A DNA stretch of 64,000 nt from Paraspadella gotoi (GCA_051294375.1 CM119271.1:862721-926720), one strand, 5' to 3'; shown: positions 48,248 to 61,900, counted from the first letter of the stretch. Notes: a model not told the origin generated them from the letters alone. Program-made: numbers and translations.

Positions 48248-51200
48248 GTCTTTTTATCGTCTCTAATAGATCTCTTTCCCTCGCACATATGTTTCTCGGT
48301 CAGGAATGGGTTTCTCACCTTTTTCCTTTTCACAGTCAAACGCACCTTCCCCACCGAAAGAAGGCAGGCGTAAAACGCGAGTGCGATCCTCCCTCACCAC
48401 CTTGGCTTCTGAAACTCTTCGGAACTTACCATCTTTTTTTACTACCAACCTTCACCTGACTCTTTTCATGTCCCTTTGAATACAAAATACATAAAAAATA
48501 TAAAGAAAATTCGGTAAATTTACCAGTTTTAAACTTTGTTACGTCCCTTTGCTCCTCTCCTCCTCCTCCCTCCCCCTATGGAGAACCCGCCCCTAAGGGA
48601 ATCGCCGCGGTCTGATCGCCTCTTCCTCGGCTGCTTGTTGCAGCGTCTGAGTGGCAGCAGCAAAAAGCACAGCACGGCAGAGCGTTCAGGTCAAGTCGGC
48701 GGTTGCTGCTGATAATGACGGGGAAGTTTTGGGCAGCTTTAATTGATCATTACTGTGAGAGAGCAGATTTCGGAGATGCTGAGAGCAAGAACGAGAGAGA
48801 GAGAAGAGAGAGAGAGAGAGATGAGGATGAGAGAGAGAGAGAGGAGACGTAGAGCGAAAAAGAGAAAAGAAAGAGAAAAATAATAGAAAGAGAGAGAGAG
48901 AAAAGGAGAGAGAAGAATAGAAGTAAAAAGGTTATAGAGAGAATAAGAGAAAAAAAAAAGAAAAAGAAAAAAAAGAGAGACAGAGACAGAGACACTTGCC
49001 GTACCATTTGAAACAGAGACTCTTGCCGTACCATGTTCAGGGCAGCCGGAGGACGAGCAGTCACGATTCTTCCGTTGGGCAAACGCCTGGTTGACATCTG
49101 GGAAAAACTGGACAGGAATGACGTTGGGAAAGTCAAGAAGGAGGTGAGGAAGGGATGGAGGGCAGGGAGAGGGAGGAGGAGGAGGAAGGAGAAGATAGGG
49201 GAGGAGGAGTTAGAGAGGGTGAAAAAGAGGGGAGATTGGCAGGAGAGGGAGAAGAGAAGCGAGAGGGGAGGTAGAGAGGAGAAGGGGAGGGAGAGAAGGG
49301 AGGGGAGAAGAGGAGAAGAGAAGGGAGGAGAGGGAGAGAAGGGAGGGTAGGAAAGAGGGAGAGGAGGGAGAGAGGGAGAAGGGGAGGGAGAGAAGCGAGG
49401 GAGAAGAGGAGAAGAGAAGGGGAGGAGGGGTAGAGAGGGAAGAGGGGAGGAGAAGAGGAGAAGGGGGGGAGAGAGGGAGGACAGGAGAGGAAGAAGAAGG
49501 GTGTGGAGGAGTAAGAAGGGAGAGGTAGGACTAAGCTCTGACAGAAAACAAAGCCAGAGTTTTTTTTAATATATTCGTAATATACCGGCCCAAGGTAGAA
49601 TGATAGCAATTATTTAATATTAAGTTCAAAAAAAATCCTACATAAATATAGAAAATATCAACCAAAATCTTCGGAAAATCCACCCCTTCGTTGGAAGTTT
49701 TGCGCCATAGAAGATTTTTACTGATTGACTCCCGGTTGAAAACTCTAGAATTCCGATCGTTAGCTGCTCTTTACTTTTACTTTAATAAAAAAATTTCACC
49801 AAAATGTGACTAATTTCACTTTCCCATGATCGTATTCATATCAAAATACAAATGAAATGTAAAGAAAAATTTTGATGAGCCCTTCAGACATATAGCTATT
49901 GGATTCCTGAATTTGAAGTTTTTTAAAAATCACAACATATGTTAAATGCGTTGACATGTATTGAAGTTGAGAAATCCCTATTTTATATATAAAAATTGCA
50001 GAAAAAAATATTTTCCCGAACGGACCAGTCCATTTGAATCTGATGGTTTGATGTCAAAATGATGGTATTTATCAGAGAAAAAAAATGCGAAGGCCTTCAG
50101 ATGCAACAGGATCGGAACAGGTTTTTACACTATTTTTTACCTAATTATTTTTCCCAGTGGGCGTTACATTATTTGGCGTAGTCAGATTTTAACAAAAATC
50201 TCATTGAAAAGTCTTCCTCTATGTCTAAGAACGACGTAGACTGCCTAGAGAAGGTGGGAGGAGAGAAGAGAGGGAGGAAGAGGGAGTAAGGGGAGAAGAG
50301 GTTAGAGAGGACAGAAGGGAGGTATAGGGGGAGAAGAGGGAGGAGGGGAAAGAGGGAGAAGGGGGAGGAGAGGGGAGGAGAGGAAGAAAGAGAGAGGAGG
50401 GAGGTTAGAAGGAGAAGTGGAGGGGAAAAGAGAGCGGGGAAAGGAAAACAAGAAAAAGGTTATGACTGCTCAGGGATTCTCAATATAAGGCGATCAATGG
50501 GATAATTTTAAAACCGAGATTTCAATCCAATTTCTTTCTTTATATTTCTTTTCTATTTTTTTCCTCTTTTTTTCCAATTATTTTTCTAATCTCTTATTCG
50601 CTTGCTCTTCCCCTAATCCTTTTTAAAAAAATATTTAAACCTTTAGCTATTTGTCTTTTTCTATTTTCTGCTTTTAATATATAATAAATAATCATAATAA
50701 ATGCTTAAGGCCAGGGATCACTCAACCAAAATTGTAGAAACTTAATTTTACTTGCTTATCTTAATCCATTTTCTGCACATCTTGTAAGAGGTTTTCTTAT
50801 TAAAGAATAATCGAAAACTTTGTTAAAAATCTTACTAAAATGTTCATAAAAATTTAAACAATTTTTTTCTTCGGTAAAACTATATTTTTAAGAGAAAATT
50901 ATTTTTTAAATGTAAGCTAAATTTCTGAAACCAAATGTTTTAACATCTCTCTCTTTTCTTTTTTTAACCCTAACCTTAAACCTAAACCCAATTCTTAACC
51001 CTAAACCTAAACCCAATCCTTAACCCTTACCTTAATCCTAAACCCAATCCTTAACCCTAATAAACCTAAAACAATAATGTTTAGTAGTTGTGATGGTTGT
51101 TGTTGTTGTTGCTTTAGAAATCATCACCATTTTTTAGAAAAATTTTAACCGTCATCAGCGTCATTGTCTTTGTCATTGTCTTTTTCATTGTCTTTGCGAT

Positions 51201-51545
51201 AAGTTTGATGGTCATCGGCGCCCCCTTTCTCTTTCCCCCCGCTCCCCCCTTTCTCTTCCCCCCCGCTCCCCCCGCTTTTTTGTTACCCCCCCGCTCCTTT
51301 CTTTTCATCGAGGGTTGTTTGCGTCAAATTCAGTGGCCACTTTGTCGTCGTCGTCGTCGTCGTTTTTGTCAACTTTTTTACCATCATTTAAAGCGACATT
51401 GTGGTCGACGTCGTCGTCGTCTTTCTCGATGTCATTTAAAAGCGACATGTCTGTCTTCATCGTCGTCGTATTTGTCATTTTTTTCGCTGCCATTTAATAG
51501 CGTTATTATCATCCTTGTCTTTAAAGTATTCTTTTTCTCCATCAG

Positions 51546-51830
51546 TTAAAAGCGTCTTTGTTGTCGTCGTCATCTTGTCTTGCTGTTGTTGTCATCGTCG
51601 TTGTCGCCATTCTCGACGTAATTTTAAACCGTCTCGCTGTCGGCGTCATCTTCATCGTCGTTTTTCACCGTCATTTAAAAGCGTCTTTGTTGTCGTCGTC
51701 ATCTTGTCTTGCTGTTGTTGTCATCGTCGTTGTCGCCATTCTCGACGTAATTTTAAACCGTCTTGCTGTCGGCGTCATCTTCATCGTCGTTTTTCACCGT
51801 CATTTAAAAGCGTCTTTGTTGTCGTCGTCT
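51546..51830. repeat. 129-bp tandem repeat within (GTC)n-rich cryptic sequence
   Basis: Units start at 51546, 51675 and 51804; duplicate at ~37205-37500. Confidence 0.8.
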
Positions 51831-51892
51831 TCGTCGTCGTCCTCTTCGTCGTCGTCATTATCGTCGCCAATTTTTCTGAGTTACGCAACCAG

Positions 51893-52009
51893 GATTTACG
51901 AAGCCAAAGAAAAGGAGAAGATGTAAAAAGAAGAGGGAGAAGAAACGGTAATGCAAGAAATTCACGTGCGAGCGTGTCAATTCGTGTAAATGCGCGCAGA
52001 CGAGACGAG
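51893..52009 (+). CDS. Putative exon of an unidentified host gene
   Basis: CCAG acceptor, GAG|GTCGTG donor, 117 nt open in phase 0. Confidence 0.25.
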
Positions 52010-52339
52010 GTCGTGCGAACTTGAGTTTATATAGAGACGGCGATTAGTGCATCAACACTTTGAAAAGTTTTGACTTATTGGGGAAATAAATGAAAAGAAC
52101 TTAAGATTTATAGGAAATATTTGGCTCTCTTTCCAAACTGTTTTAATATTGTCGGTTTTATTACCGTAGTAATGAATATTAATTGTTTTATCACAGAAGA
52201 GTTAAATATTAATTGTTTTATCACCTGAGTGATAATTAATGACACTTTTATCACCGGAGTGACGAAGATGATTGATGAGAATCTCGTACGTCGATTTCTC
52301 GTCTCCTCACGAGTCACGACCGGGAAGATTTCACCCAAC

Positions 52340-52880
52340 GTCTTTTCTTTTCTTTTCTTACCTCTCCTTTCCTTTTCTTTTCTTACCTCTTCCTTTCCTT
52401 TTCTTTCTTACCTCTCCTTCCTTTTCTTTTCTTACCTCTCCTTTCCTTTTCTTTTCTTACCTCTCCTTTCCTTTTCTTTTCTTACCTCTCCTTTCCCTTT
52501 TCTTTTCTTACCTCTCCTTTCCTTTTCATTTTCTTACCTCTCCTTTCCTTTTCTTTTCTTACCTCTCCTTTCCTTTTCTTTTCTTACCTCTCCTCTTTCC
52601 TTTTCTTTTCTTACTCTCTCCTTTTCCTTTTCTTTTCATTTACCTCTCCTTTCCTTTTCTTCTTCTTACCTCTCCTTCCTTTTCTTTTCTTACCTCTCCT
52701 TTCCTTTTCTTTTCTTACCTCTCCTTTCCTTTTCTTTTCTTACCTCTCCTTTCCTTTTCTCTTCTTACCTCTCCTTTCCTTTTCTTTCCTTTTCTTTTCT
52801 TACCTCTCCTTTCCTTTTCTTTTCTTACCTCTCCTTTCCTTTTCTTTTCTTACCTCTCCTTTCCTTTTCTTTTCTTACCT
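52340..52880. repeat. 25-bp polypyrimidine minisatellite (TTACCTCTCCTTTCCTTTTCTTTTC)n
   Basis: About 21 units; noisier duplicate at 38010-38550. Confidence 0.92.
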
Positions 52881-52958
52881 CATCTCCTCCCCGAATTCTT
52901 ATTCTCACCGCACGTGTCCATAAAACGATCACGTCGCAAAACCGGTGTTGTTTACAAC

Positions 52959-53024
<66 letters not shown>

Positions 53025-53060
53025 CAGGAACAGATTTATCATCCAGGCAAAAAGGCTTTT

Positions 53061-53779
53061 GTTGTTGTTATTGTTGTTGTCCTTGTTTACATTTCTGAGA
53101 AATGCTCCTAGGTCGAGATTTTATTGGCCTGTGGATAAGGCGCTAAGTGGGCTGCAACTTCTTTAACCCCTCTTGCAGCCATGGAACGGGTTCTGGGCTT
53201 GGAACCAGGCTTGAGGGTTTTCCAGGCCCCCCAAGGCGGCCGTCCTCACGCTTCCCGCAGGGTAGTTACCGGGTTGGGATTTAACCCAGTACCTTGTGGT
53301 CATGAGCTGATGGCTTTACTCATGGAGCCATCGGGTCACGACTGAAGGTGTCATGCTTATAGGCGGGGTGAACCTAGGCAATGTCCGACTACATGCCCCC
53401 CAGATTGTAACCCACCCTGCACTACTTCCAATGGAGGGAGGGGAGCAATCTTAAGCAAATCCATGGGCCTGGAATCAGAAGGTTGGAATACGCTCGACAG
53501 GATGGGCTCACCAGTGTGGATAAGGCACTAAGTGGGCTGAAGATGACTATTCACAACTTCTTTAATCCCTCTTGCAGCCATGGAATGGTTCCTGGGCTTG
53601 GAACCAGGCTTGAGGGTTTTCCACACCCCCAAGGTGGCTTACGGCCATCCTCACGCTTCCCGCAGGGTAGTTACCGGGTTGGGATTGAACCCAGTACCTA
53701 GTGGTCATGAGCTGATGGCTTTACTCATTGAGCCACCGGGTCACGACTGAAGGTGTCATGCTTATAGGCGGGGTGAACC
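53061..53779 (-). mobile_element. Tandem pair of tRNA-derived SINE-like units
   Basis: Units at 53130-53374 and 53515-53779. The minus-strand head has A-box-like TGGCTCAATGAG, a CTCATGA loop and B-box-like GGTTCAATCCC. The downstream unit is followed by AATAAA and a (CAA)n tail. Confidence 0.6.
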
Positions 53780-54489
53780 GACTACAGGACGAGTCTACTC
53801 CAATCAAAGCTATAATTGTCCGAGTCTCCACTAATAAAACTTTGATTGGCCGCCTTTTTACCGATCAAAGCTTTGATTGGCCGAGTCTCCACTAATAAAA
53901 CTTTGATTGGCCGACTTTTTAGCGATCAAAGCTTTGATTGGCCAAGTCAAAACTTTGATAGGTCGAGTCTCCATAAATAAAAGCTTTCATTTCCGGAAGA
54001 TAAAAATTTAAACGCAACATATGTCTAGAATAATAGAGCTGTTTTCCCTCAGATTGTTAAATATTACTTATGATTTAATTAAAATAATATTTTTATCAAT
54101 CTTCGTGTCTATCTTATCTCTGAGTCACAACTCATCGTCTTACGAGTCGCAGATTTTCACCTCATTAATCTGCTGGAGAAGCGACGACGACGACGACGAC
54201 GATATAAACGGCGACGACGAAGACGACGACGATAACAACGACGACGATTACGGACGACGACGGCAACGTAAAAGATATCGGAAAAAAAGTATTGCTTTTC
54301 TCGCGCTAAAAGATAAAAGCTCATCTGAATTGAATTAGTAGTTCATTTATTAATAATTAATTAATTATGATAAATGATTAATTAATGTAATCATTTTTAA
54401 AATCAATTGGAAAAATACATAGATTCTCTGACTGTACGACTTACTTACTAGGCAACACTAAGCCTTATTTAAAGAAAGAGTTGCCCCTA

Positions 54490-54604
<115 letters not shown>

Positions 54605-54605
54605 G

Positions 54606-54815
54606 TTAAAGCAAATCGACAAACGATCGACGCCGCCGACCGACGCCGGATTCAAAAACGACGCCAATCCGCGCTGCGCCGTCCGCCAAGGTGCCAGCCC
54701 GCGTGGCGCGAGTCGGCGCTGCAACGTCGTCTTCCCTCGTAAAAACCGCGTGGACCACGAGGGGCGCGGCGCCGACGCCGGTGGAGGACGAGACGAAGAA
54801 GCGGCGTCGAAACAA
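54606..54815 (+). CDS. Putative exon of an unidentified host gene
   Basis: (CT)n-CCAG acceptor, CAA|GTGAGA donor, 210 nt open (LKQIDKRS...AASKQ), GC-rich island. Confidence 0.45.
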
Positions 54816-54959
54816 GTGAGATCACTATTAACTATTCACTATCACTTTCACTATCACTAATACACTTTTCTTTTGTATTAACTTTATTAATTTCAGTTTC
54901 AAATGAATACGCAATGCACGAAAAAAATGCTAATTTTAATTCTTCCGCTGGTTTTTCCT

Positions 54960-55140
54960 TCATTCTTCTCTCCTTTTCTTTCTCCCTTCTTCTATCCTTT
55001 TCTTTCTCCCTTCTTCTCTCCTTTTCTTTCTCCCTTCTTCTCTCCTTTTCTTTCTCCCTTCTTCTCTCCTTTTCTTTCTCCCTTCTTCTCTCCTTTTCTT
55101 TCTCCCTTCTCTCCTTTTCTTTCTCCCTTCTTCTCTCCTT
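54960..55140. repeat. 24-bp polypyrimidine minisatellite
   Basis: TTCTCTCCTTTTCTTTCTCCCTTC units; duplicate at ~40570-40740. Confidence 0.85.
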
Positions 55141-55254
55141 TATTTTCTCCCTTCCTCCCTTTCTCCTTCTTTCCTCCCTTCTCCCCTGCTTCTTCATTCC
55201 TCTTTCGTTTCCTCCCTCCCTCTCTCTCTTCCCTCCCGCCCTCTTCCCCTCCAG

Positions 55255-55345
55255 GTTGAAATCCGCGTGGATTCTCCTCTTCTCAAACGAGATTCTCGAC
55301 CCAAAAAAACCACATTCGCCAAAACCGGAAAGAAATCCGCCCAGG
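55255..55345 (+). CDS. Putative exon of an unidentified host gene
   Basis: Polypyrimidine-CCAG acceptor and G|GTGAGT donor; continues the previous frame (VEIRVDSP...KSAQ) and ends in phase 1. Confidence 0.48.
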
Positions 55346-57414
55346 GTGAGTCCATTCCTGTCCTGGGTAAGTCTTTCGGATGAGTTAGAGGTCAGTAGAA
55401 AATTAGGATTGCGAGGTTATTGAATCATGAAAATGATAATTATTTAAAACCGGTTGAGATTATAAATCTAAAGTTTTTAAATCTTGAAACGTTAATCTTG
55501 CAAATTAAATCTTTAATCTTATATTTTAAAATAGTAAATCTTAAAAGAAGAATCCTAAATCCTAAATCTTAAAATTCATAAATCTGTCGTTATTCTCAAA
55601 AATTGTTGTTACTCGTTAATCATAAATCTTACAAAGTAAATTTTGTATAAAAAAAGCTCTTATCGGAAAATACTAAATAGTATTACCAGTATGACCAGTA
55701 TGACAACTGAGCAGTAGTCAATAAGCATTAGTAATAGTTTTGGATTCACGAAACTCTGGTAAGTCGAGAGGCGGGAATTATAAGAACGTAAGAAATCAAG
55801 GCGAAAAGAGGATAAGGGCCAGCGAAGGCGCGAGGCTGCGGGATTTGGCGAAATGAGGTCAGTCGAGTTGGAGGCAAATCGGAGAGAACGCTGAGTTAAG
55901 AAGGTGAGAAAGAAATTGAGAAAAGTAAGGAAAAAGTAAGTAAGTTAATATTGGGTAGAAATTGAGGGAGGAATGAAGAAAGTTTAGTGACGTTATATCA
56001 CTACCCGTTCAATAAGAGTACGCTCTCCATCAGCCGTATATTTGCGTGTTGGACAAACATATCATCTCCGATCTCAGTGGTCCCGGGTTCTAGCCCTGGT
56101 CGAAACGATCCTTTCAAAAGAGTGATGGGCTGGTTAAACCGGTAGCATGCCTGCTGCCGTATCCGTATCCGTATCCGTATCCGTATCCGTATCAAAAGAG
56201 TGATGGGCTGGTTAAACCGGTAGCATGCCTGCTGCCGTATCCGAAGTTCCGGAAAGAAAAGCAAACGAGGAAAAAATCTTCCAGTGCTACTGGGCACACT
56301 AAGTGTGGGGGCTTTTCACACCGTCACAAGTTCTTGTCGACCTCATCTCCTCTCGATCACATACAGACAAAGCCAAAAGTAAAAAGGTAAACAATCAATA
56401 AACAACGTTCGAAACGATTCACCATAAAAGGACAAAAACCCAGTGGAAGAGAATAACGAAGAAGCGATCAGAAATCACGAATCTCGTTTCGTGATGTGAA
56501 AACGAGTGATTAAGGATTAAGGGCGATCCTCGCCGAGAGAGAGGGAAACCCATTTTTGCGCGTTGACATTAGCAGATGCCGATAGGAGATGCCATTTGGA
56601 GATGGCAGTAAAAGATGTCATAGGAGATACCGTAAGAAGAGGCCATTGGAGTTGGTATTTAAGATGCCGTCAAGAGATGGCATCAGATATATTGTGGCCC
56701 ATAGAATTTGGCGAAATACCAGATACCGAAATAGCTGACGGCCATTTTCAGCCCCCATATCGAAGGCAATCTGATGAGGAGAAAAAAAATGTTAATTTTG
56801 GGTTATCTTAGGAAGGAGCCGCCCGGGCTACGAAGACATAGGGGGAAAGTAAGAGGAAATTGGGGAGACAGAAGAGGGAGAGAGAGAAGAGGGAGAGAGA
56901 AAGGGAGAAAAGAAAGGGAGAGAGAGTTCCCTAAACCGTAAAACGACTCATTTGGGGCGAAATGAAACCAGAAGTAAACATAACCCGATGACTGTTTTGG
57001 TCGACAGTGGAAGAGCAGCACAGGCGGGAAGAGGCCGAGAGGAAAGAAGGAGGGTGAAAATAATGGGATCGAACGGGACTTGGGGGGGGGAATTTGACTA
57101 GGGGATGACTCACTGGGGGGGGGGCAAACCAATAGGGGTGGCCGACCACTTGGAAAGAAAGGAAATAATGGATCCTTTTGCTCCGACGAAAAGATCGAAC
57201 TTGGATACGATTTTTATGATGGGAATTAAAAATATTTTTTCCCCTTTTTATTATTCATGTTTTTTGTCTATACTCTTTCTCTCTTTCATTCTATCTCTCT
57301 CTCTCTCTCTCTATCTCTTTTTCCTCGTAAAAATAAAGCGTCAGGAGAGGAAAGACAAGACGATAGGATTAAGGTTCTCTTTCTCAAGGTTCGGTTCTGT
57401 CATACCCCCCCCCC

Positions 57415-59456
57415 TAGGGTGTGTCATATTCCAAAAGTTGTTTGTATCTTCACGCACATTTACACGACGGGGCATGGCCTAAAAAAAAGGTTGCACCAAT
57501 CGCCATTCAAATGGTCCAACGCCTTTAGCAGTACCCTCTCCTGAAGGATTTTTGGCACACCTTTCACATCATCCCTCACTGTGTCTAAAGTATGAGAGAT
57601 TTGATCGTCCAACATAATTTATTAGTTAAAGAAGTCATTAGTTCTATTAAAATTTAGAGTCGCAACTACTTCTAGTGTACCCACAACAGCATCCACAAGC
57701 TGCTGCACCAGGTAGTGGCCAATACATTGCGTACCATATCTTCTTGGTTTTAGAGGTACTATAAAAATTTTCTACACAGTATTATTCATAAATAGGTCCT
57801 CTTTCTAATTTAATATACGTCTTTTAAAAAAATTGGTGTGCCTACATCCTGGAGGATAATTCCTGCACAGATTCTTTTAAAAATAAAATTATATACAAAA
57901 TATTTATTTATATTTTTTGCTATAGGTTTAAATAATAGAGCATGATATAATTACAATACATGATAAATTTCATCTTGATTGACCTAATACTTTTTAAGAT
58001 ATCCAGTTTATAAGAATTTTTGAAAAAAAAATTTTAACACACACAAAAATAAAAAAATAAAAGTTATGGCATCAAAAATTGCTTTATTAGTTGATAAAAC
58101 CCTTTAGGTTTATATTCCAATCATGATTTTATAAGCACCAATCCCCAGAGGCTCTGTGGAGGCATCCTCAATTTGTTGGAGGATGTGGACCAACAGTTGC
58201 AGATAAAAAAGCTTCTATCAAAGTAATTTACATTTTATTATAGATGACAATTTGCTTCCTTTAGTGATATCAGACTTATACTCTGACTCTTTATTAAGGT
58301 GTGCTTACTTTTTTGTAGATACATCCTGTCCAGACTGCTTGAAGGTAAACAAAATTTAGTAACAATCACAACAATTGTAACAACATTATTCATATCATTT
58401 TATTTAAATTCATTACTATGTACAAAACTCGGATATACTATAACTTTAAAGTAATTCATATGCACAATGAAAAAAAAGAATTCCTGTTCAGTTTATATTT
58501 ATTTTTTGGCTCTTTTTCTAAAAGCAAACCATTTCTGTTTCTTAATCCCTGAACTTAATTTCAATTCTAATATTTAACCCTAATCTGTTACCAAAGTTAT
58601 AACCAAATTGCTAACCCTAATTGTAGAAAGTTTATTTTCTATGCCTCGAGGGTCGCGCATTTGATTCGTCGGCCGTAGGTTGAACTGGTTTTAATATGGA
58701 GCAAGGTTTTCTAAATCCCGAATGACGTAAATGTTAAATAAATGACAAATAAATCGTGAATAAATTGTGCATAAGTTTATTTTTAAAAAGAAAAGATAAA
58801 TGCCAAAATCAAGGTCGTATTATAAATTGGTGTAAAAAATTCAGAGAAACGATTATGATCGAATAATAAGTGACGAGGTTTTCAGCTAACAGAAAGCGAT
58901 TAGAATGGTGAAAAGACTGGTCTGAAAAGGTCGACTAGATGACCATGGAAAAATTATGGACGCGAGGTCACAAAATCTTTCCCTAATTGTTAACCCTTAT
59001 AGTGGGCCCTTACCTGACTTATAACCCTGAGGCAAATTTAATACTCAAATGTTATTTTAGCTTAAGCCCATCTTGGGTGTAGGTAACCATTTAGTATTGC
59101 TTCTTTGTGTTGTTGTTGTCATTGTCGTAGTCGTGATCATACTGTTTTAACATTGAAAATAGCTCAAGTGTATAACCATAGAAAGCTAAAAATTTAGATA
59201 TGGCTTCTCATCATTGGGGTCTTTTAAATTATTATGATTCATATTCCTCTACTCATTTGTTTGTTTTATTTACAAAACAATTTTTATATATATAGACGAG
59301 TTCAGCTCTGCAGCGGCTGTCCAGCGGCTGTTCAGCTCTCTATATCTCTCTTTCTTTTAATTATATGTCGCTCTCTCTTTTTTTCCCTCACTGCTTCTTC
59401 TAATTCGTCTAAAAACGAGTTAAGCTCTACAGCAACTGTCCAGCTTTATATCTCTT

Positions 59457-59497
<41 letters not shown>

Positions 59498-61895
59498 TTC
59501 TCTCTCTCTCTCTCTCTTTTTCTTTTTTTCTCTCTCTTTTTTTCTCTCTCTCTCTCACTCATACATGTATTTGTTTGTTTTATTTACGATGAATGACTCA
59601 TCACGTTAATGAATAACTATCATTGTATCAATGAATGACGATCATAGCCTCAATGAATGACTATCATCGCATCCAACATTTGGTTGTCATCGCATCAATT
59701 TTTTGGTTATCATCGTATCAATATTTGGTTATCATCAAATCAATAATTGGTTATCATTGCATCAATTATTGGTTATCATCGCATCAATAATCAATTACTA
59801 TTACATCAATCAATTACTATTACATCAATCAATTACTATTATTTCAATAATTCGTTATTACATCAATCATTCTTTTTTTCGGATTTTTCCTATTTAAAAT
59901 TTATTTCCACTTCCATTGAAACTTGATTTACAGCTTAATCACATCATATACCTACAAAATTTTAAATGAATCTCTCTATTTAATCAGTAATTATTGTTCA
60001 AAGCTAAGGGGTCCATCTGTCTCACCCAAAAATCTTGTCGGTAAGTCGCTGAGATCATGTCAGAACATTTAATTATTATGTTATTCAAAACAATAGATGT
60101 CTGTCCATCCATCCATTTGTATATTTTTTTATCCATATCTTTTTTTTATTATTTTTTCAGCGCAATATGAATTTACAAAAATTTTGCCAAACATTTTGAT
60201 GAAGAGAGACAGAAAGGGAGAGAGAGTTTTAAGAGAAAAGTTATAATATTTTATACGGAATTCAAGGTGGAGAACATTTCCCACGAATTTTGACTGTACA
60301 AAGAAAAATTGGCTAAAAGGTAAAGGAGAATCAAAACATCTTTTATAGTGTGTTTTTTAAATGTTTATTTACATTATATACTGACGACAAGGAATTCAAA
60401 CAATCCAGGTTATAACAATTTATAAACGATTTAAAATAACTTACGTAAAAACATGCGTCATATTTTTCCCACAAGGCAACTAAAGATTCTACAAATACAA
60501 ATACCAACATTCAGCAAACAAACACAGATAGCCTCGATGCCAACCCCTTTTCTTCTTTTTCAAATTATTCGTTGATGCGACTCTCAATCATGAAACAAGG
60601 AAACTTCAGACCCAGATATTCGCATTTTTAGCTGATGAACGTTGAGCCGTCTCCCCCTACGGCGCTGCTCGCCACTGCCGATATAATAACAATAAAACAA
60701 ATATTTACATATTAAGAAAAAAAGTCCGAAAAAAATAATCTGAAGTTTCCAATTTTGTAAATCAGTCGATCTTTTTTAACACCCTCTCGTAGCCATAGAA
60801 CGGGTCCTGAGCTTGTAACTAGGCCTCAGGGTTTTTCATGACCCAAACGTTGTCCTCCGTCCTCACACTTAACATGCTTAATGCTTATAGGCGATTTGAA
60901 CATATTGTAATTCCCAATTACAGTTGTTATGATTGTTACTAAATTTTTTTCCCTTTAAGCAGTCTGGACAGGAAGTATCTACTAAAAAGTAAGCACACCT
61001 TAATAAATAGTCAGAGTACAAGTCTGATATCACTAAAAGATACAAATTATCATCTATAATAGAATGTAAATTACTTTGATAAAAACTTTTTTATCTGCAA
61101 CTGTTGGTCCACATCCTCCAACAAATTGAGAAAGCCTCCACGGAGCCTCTGGGGATTGGTGCTTATAAAATCATGATTGGAATATAAACCTAAAGGGTTT
61201 TATCAACTAATAAAGCAATTTCTGATGCCATAACTTTTATTTTTTTATTTCTGTATGTGTTAAAAATTTTTTTAAAAAAATTCTTATAAACTGGATATCT
61301 TAAAAAGTATTAGGTCAATCAAGATGAAATTTATCGTGTATTGTAATTATATCATGCTCTATTATTTAAACCTATAGCAAATAATATAAATAAATATTTT
61401 ATATATAATTTTATTTTTAAAAGAATCTGTGCAGGAATTATCCTCCAGGATGTAGACACACCAATTTTTTTAAAAGATGTATATTAAATTAGAAAGAGGA
61501 CCTATTTATGAATAATACTGGGTAAAAATTTTTTATAGTACCTCTAAAACCAAGAAGATATGGTACGCACGCAATGTATTGGCCACTACCTGGTGCAGCA
61601 GCTTGTGGATGCTGTTGTGGGTCTCGAGAAGTAGTTGCGACTCTAAATTTTAATAGAACAAACTTAATGCACTTCTTTAACTAATAAATTATGTTGGACG
61701 ATCAAATCTCTCATACTTTAGACACAGTGAGGGATGATGTGAAAGGTGTGCCAAAAATCCTTCAGGAGAGGGTACTGCTAAAGGCGTTGGACCAATTTGA
61801 ATGGCGATTGGTGCAAACCTATTTTTTTAGGCCATGCCCCGTCGTGTTAAATGTGCGTGAAGATACAAACAACTTTTGGAATATGACACACCCTA
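57415..61895. mobile_element. Foldback-type non-autonomous DNA element with ~1 kb inverted arms
   Basis: 57415-58380 is the reverse complement of ~60918-61895. Ends are TAGGGTGTGTCATATTCC / GGAATATGACACACCCTA and both flanks are C-rich. The TSD is either TA or a C-run. Confidence 0.85.
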
Positions 61896-61900
61896 CCCTC

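Noticed and set aside
53672-53742. Functional tRNA-Met gene
   Set aside because: The acceptor and anticodon stems are mismatched, the T-loop is short, and the sequence is embedded in a longer repeated unit.
54790-55345. Homeobox start (ETKKRRRN) in an alternative exon frame
   Set aside because: The following exon has no RT.F, helix or WFxNRR homeodomain motifs in any frame.
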